Shown here: positions 61,760 to 64,000 of the stretch, piece by piece | Layout of the letters: each line of letters opens with the position of its first letter | Position numbering within the stretch: the first letter of the stretch is position 1 | DNA from: Dehalococcoidia bacterium | Lineage (GTDB): Bacteria > Chloroflexota > Dehalococcoidia > UBA2979 | Length of the DNA stretch: 64,000 bases | NCBI GenBank assembly: GCA_964291495.2 | Contig: OZ219871.1 | Coordinates: 1,592,922-1,656,921, forward strand | Reading direction: 5' to 3' | Position numbers and translations under genes: made by a program | Notes under the pieces: generated by a model | What the model saw: only the letters and a program-made list of their open reading frames with translations | Databases searched by the model: none | What the model was told of the DNA's origin: nothing

Positions 61760-62551
61760 TCAGCCGCGGCTCCGCACCTGCCCCTGCTCGAGCCGCCCGA
61801 GGAAGTTGCGCAGCAGCACGTTGACCTGCTCGGGCACCTCGAGCTGCGGGAAGTGACCGGTGCCGATTACCCACGCCTGCTCGGCGTGGGGTAGCAGGTC
61901 GCGCAGGAAGCTGAGGCTCGGGCGTGTCGAGTTGATCCAGAGCGTCGGCTGCTGGATGCGGCGCAGCAGCGCGGCGTGGCTGAACTGCGTCGAGCCCACG
62001 CGGTTCGCCATCGCCACGTGGCGAGGCGTGCGCGCGGCCTCGGCGGCCCAGCCGCGGACCTTGTGCTGGTTGACGTGCGGTCCGAAGAAGCCCTCGTAGC
62101 GCGTCGCCAGCACCTGCTCGTAGCCCTCATCCTCGGTGGGGAGTTCGCCGACGCGGCCGCGGCGCTCGCGCAGCGGGCGCAGGTCGGGGCCCCAGTCGAT
62201 GACGACGTTGGCCTTGATCAGCTGCGGGTGGCGCGCCGCGAGCTGCAGCGTCGCAGGCGTCCCGCCGGCGTGGCCGATCGCGACGAGGTCGCGCAGCCCG
62301 AGGGACTCGATCAGGCCCGCCATCTCGTCGGCCTGGTCGCGCGGGTCGTAGCCGCCCGGTGGAGCGTCGGAGCGCCCGTCGCCGCGCCGGTCGACACGCA
62401 GCACGCGGTGCGTGCGCGCGAAGGCGCGGGCCTGCGGCTCCCAGTGCTCGGTGTTGCCACACCAGCCGTGGATGAAGACCAGCCCCTGCTCGCCCGAGCC
62501 CGCGAGGCGGTAGTGGATCCGGGTTCCGTCCGGCGACTCATGGAACGGCAT
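61760..62551 (-). CDS. Alpha/beta fold protein with atypical nucleophile elbow
   Basis: LVFIHGW, D.RG.G.S, IGHAGG, GHFPQLE.P; GGGAGGAG RBS. Confidence 0.8.
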   Translation of the reverse strand: MPFHESPDGTRIHYRLAGSGEQGLVFIHGWCGNTEHWEPQARAFARTHRVLRVDRRGDGRSDAPPGGYDPRDQADEMAGLIESLGLRDLVAIGHAGGTPATLQLAARHPQLIKANVVIDWGPDLRPLRERRGRVGELPTEDEGYEQVLATRYEGFFGPHVNQHKVRGWAAEAARTPRHVAMANRVGSTQFSHAALLRRIQQPTLWINSTRPSLSFLRDLLPHAEQAWVIGTGHFPQLEVPEQVNVLLRNFLGRLEQGQVRSRG

Positions 62552-62567
62552 CGCGCTCTCCTCCCTG

Positions 62568-63350
62568 CTACCCGGCGTGGAAGCGCACCCCCAGCAGCCT
62601 CTCCGCCTCCGCCGCCGCATCCGAGGGCAGCCCGGCGGCCGCAACCCCGAGCGTGCAGTCGCGGATCACGGGCGCGCCCGCACCCGCCTCGCCGCGCAGC
62701 TCCAGCAGCACTCCGCCGGCCGTCGTCAGGGTCGCCGCGCCGTCGCGAACCTCGGGCGGGTCGAGGCCGAGCACGCGCGCCCAGCCGTCGGCAGCGGAGG
62801 CCACGTCCGCCGCGGCGAAGCCGATCGCGGCGAGCCGTGGGGCGTCCGCTGCCGGATCCGGCGTCGCGATGCCGCCCGGCGCGGCGCGCCCGGGCAGGAT
62901 CTCGAGGTAGACGCCGAGCGCCTCGCGGGCGTCGCCGTAGCCATAGAGCGCGCCGCCGCCCGTGCGCCCCGTCTGCACGGTCGGGTAGCCGAGCGCGGCG
63001 AGCGCCTCGAGGGTGGCGGCCGAGTCGGAGACGGCGAAGGCGAGGTAGCAGGCGCCCGGCCCGAGCGTATCGAGGTGGTCGCTCCAGGGGCTGGGGCCGC
63101 CGTTAGGGGCCATCAGGTTGACGCCGGCGGCGGCGAGGCTGAACCAGGCAGCGTATGTGCCGCCGCCGATCGGTTCGCCTCGGTACCGCACGCCGCGCGC
63201 GCGCATCCCCTCGCCGTGGTTGTCTCGGATCTGCGGAACCGGCAGACCGGTCAGCGCGGAGAACACCCCGGCGCTCTCGGGCGCGTCGGCGACGACGATC
63301 CCGAGGTGGTCGAGCGCCCCGATGCCGGTCGTGGTCACGGCGAACTCCAT
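62568..63350 (-). CDS. VOC family protein (methylmalonyl-CoA epimerase-like)
   Basis: LDHLGIVV.D, L..P..GPSPW..HL...G.G...LAF.V, Y.D....LG..LE. Confidence 0.65.
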   Translation of the reverse strand: MEFAVTTTGIGALDHLGIVVADAPESAGVFSALTGLPVPQIRDNHGEGMRARGVRYRGEPIGGGTYAAWFSLAAAGVNLMAPNGGPSPWSDHLDTLGPGACYLAFAVSDSAATLEALAALGYPTVQTGRTGGGALYGYGDAREALGVYLEILPGRAAPGGIATPDPAADAPRLAAIGFAAADVASAADGWARVLGLDPPEVRDGAATLTTAGGVLLELRGEAGAGAPVIRDCTLGVAAAGLPSDAAAEAERLLGVRFHAG

Positions 63351-63514
63351 CGCTGCGCGCGGATCGCTACCGCGCGCGCGATGCTACAACGTTCGCCGCC
63401 GTCTGGTCGGGCGGCATGCCGATCGGTTCGCCGGGCGCGTGCGGACCGCGCCCGGCTGGCGTGGAGGAGTGCGCCGGCGACCGCGCGCTCACGGCCGCCG
63501 GCCGGGCCTTGCGG

Positions 63515-63799
63515 TTAGCCGTCGACGCGGTCGCGGAGGGCGCGTGCGGCCTTGAAGGCGGGGACGGTCTTCGCGGCGATCATCACGGACTCGCCGGTCG
63601 CCGGGTTGCGGCCCTCGCGCGCGGCGCGCTCACGCGCCTCGAACTTGCCGAAGCCTGCGATGGTGACGGCGTCGCCGCCCGCGAGCGCACCCGCGATCAG
63701 GCCGTCGCCGCCGAAGATCGCGTCCACGGCCGCGGCCGCGCTCGCCTGGGTCAGGCCGGTCTCGGCCGCGACCTGCATCGCCAGATCTGATTTGTTCAT
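63515..63799 (-). CDS. hup: HU family DNA-binding protein
   Basis: MNKSDL..VA, GFGKF..R.R.AREGRNPATGE..I.A..VP.FK....L. Confidence 0.93.
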   Translation of the reverse strand: MNKSDLAMQVAAETGLTQASAAAAVDAIFGGDGLIAGALAGGDAVTIAGFGKFEARERAAREGRNPATGESVMIAAKTVPAFKAARALRDRVDG

Positions 63800-64000
63800 G
63801 CCTCGCTCCTGTCCTGCGCCACCTGGTTGCCGATGTGCGGCGGTTCACCCCGCTGCCGCTAGCCTAACGTCAGTCGCGAGTTTGTGCGAGTGGGTATGCG
63901 AGTGATCAGTCGCGCGATCTGCCAACGATAGATGCACAAATCCGGGCTCGGGGCCGCGAACCTGAGCGGCGGGAGTGGTAACGTGTGCCCTCGGAGCGGC

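Noticed and set aside
63800-64000. RNA gene or ORF at the right edge
   Set aside because: Looks like a divergent promoter region; no tRNA cloverleaf or supported ORF within the window

Overview
Very GC-rich bacterial chromosomal segment, densely coding, with no rRNA, tRNA, CRISPR array, transposase or integrase that I can recognise. The gene repertoire (F420-type LLM oxidoreductases, several family III CoA-transferases, stand-alone molybdo-hydroxylase subunit, PaREP1, plant-type LRR lipoprotein) suggests a Chloroflexota (Dehalococcoidia-like) organism, possibly host- or sponge-associated; this is inference only. Core content: glcDEF, yitJ, Fe-S genes (A-type carrier, SufR-like regulator, iscS), a lone nuoB, CIRCE-controlled groEL, selD, nth, argJ-B-D-G-H, rpe, rpmB, fakA/fakB-like DAK2/DegV, recG, HU, plus many catabolic enzymes and MFS transporters. 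Notable points the ORF track misses: (1) two in-frame UGA recoding events, in SelD (CGGU) and in a rhodanese-CBS fusion (CYDREU) that has a clean SECIS-like hairpin; (2) a mycobacterial-type LprG/P55 lipid-export pair coupled to selD; (3) about ten intergenic mosaics built from several palindromic repeat modules, including one module nested in another; (4) single accessory genes flanked by duplicated promoter or gene-end sequence; (5) two genes split by one-base homopolymer shifts; (6) recurrent apparently leaderless promoters.
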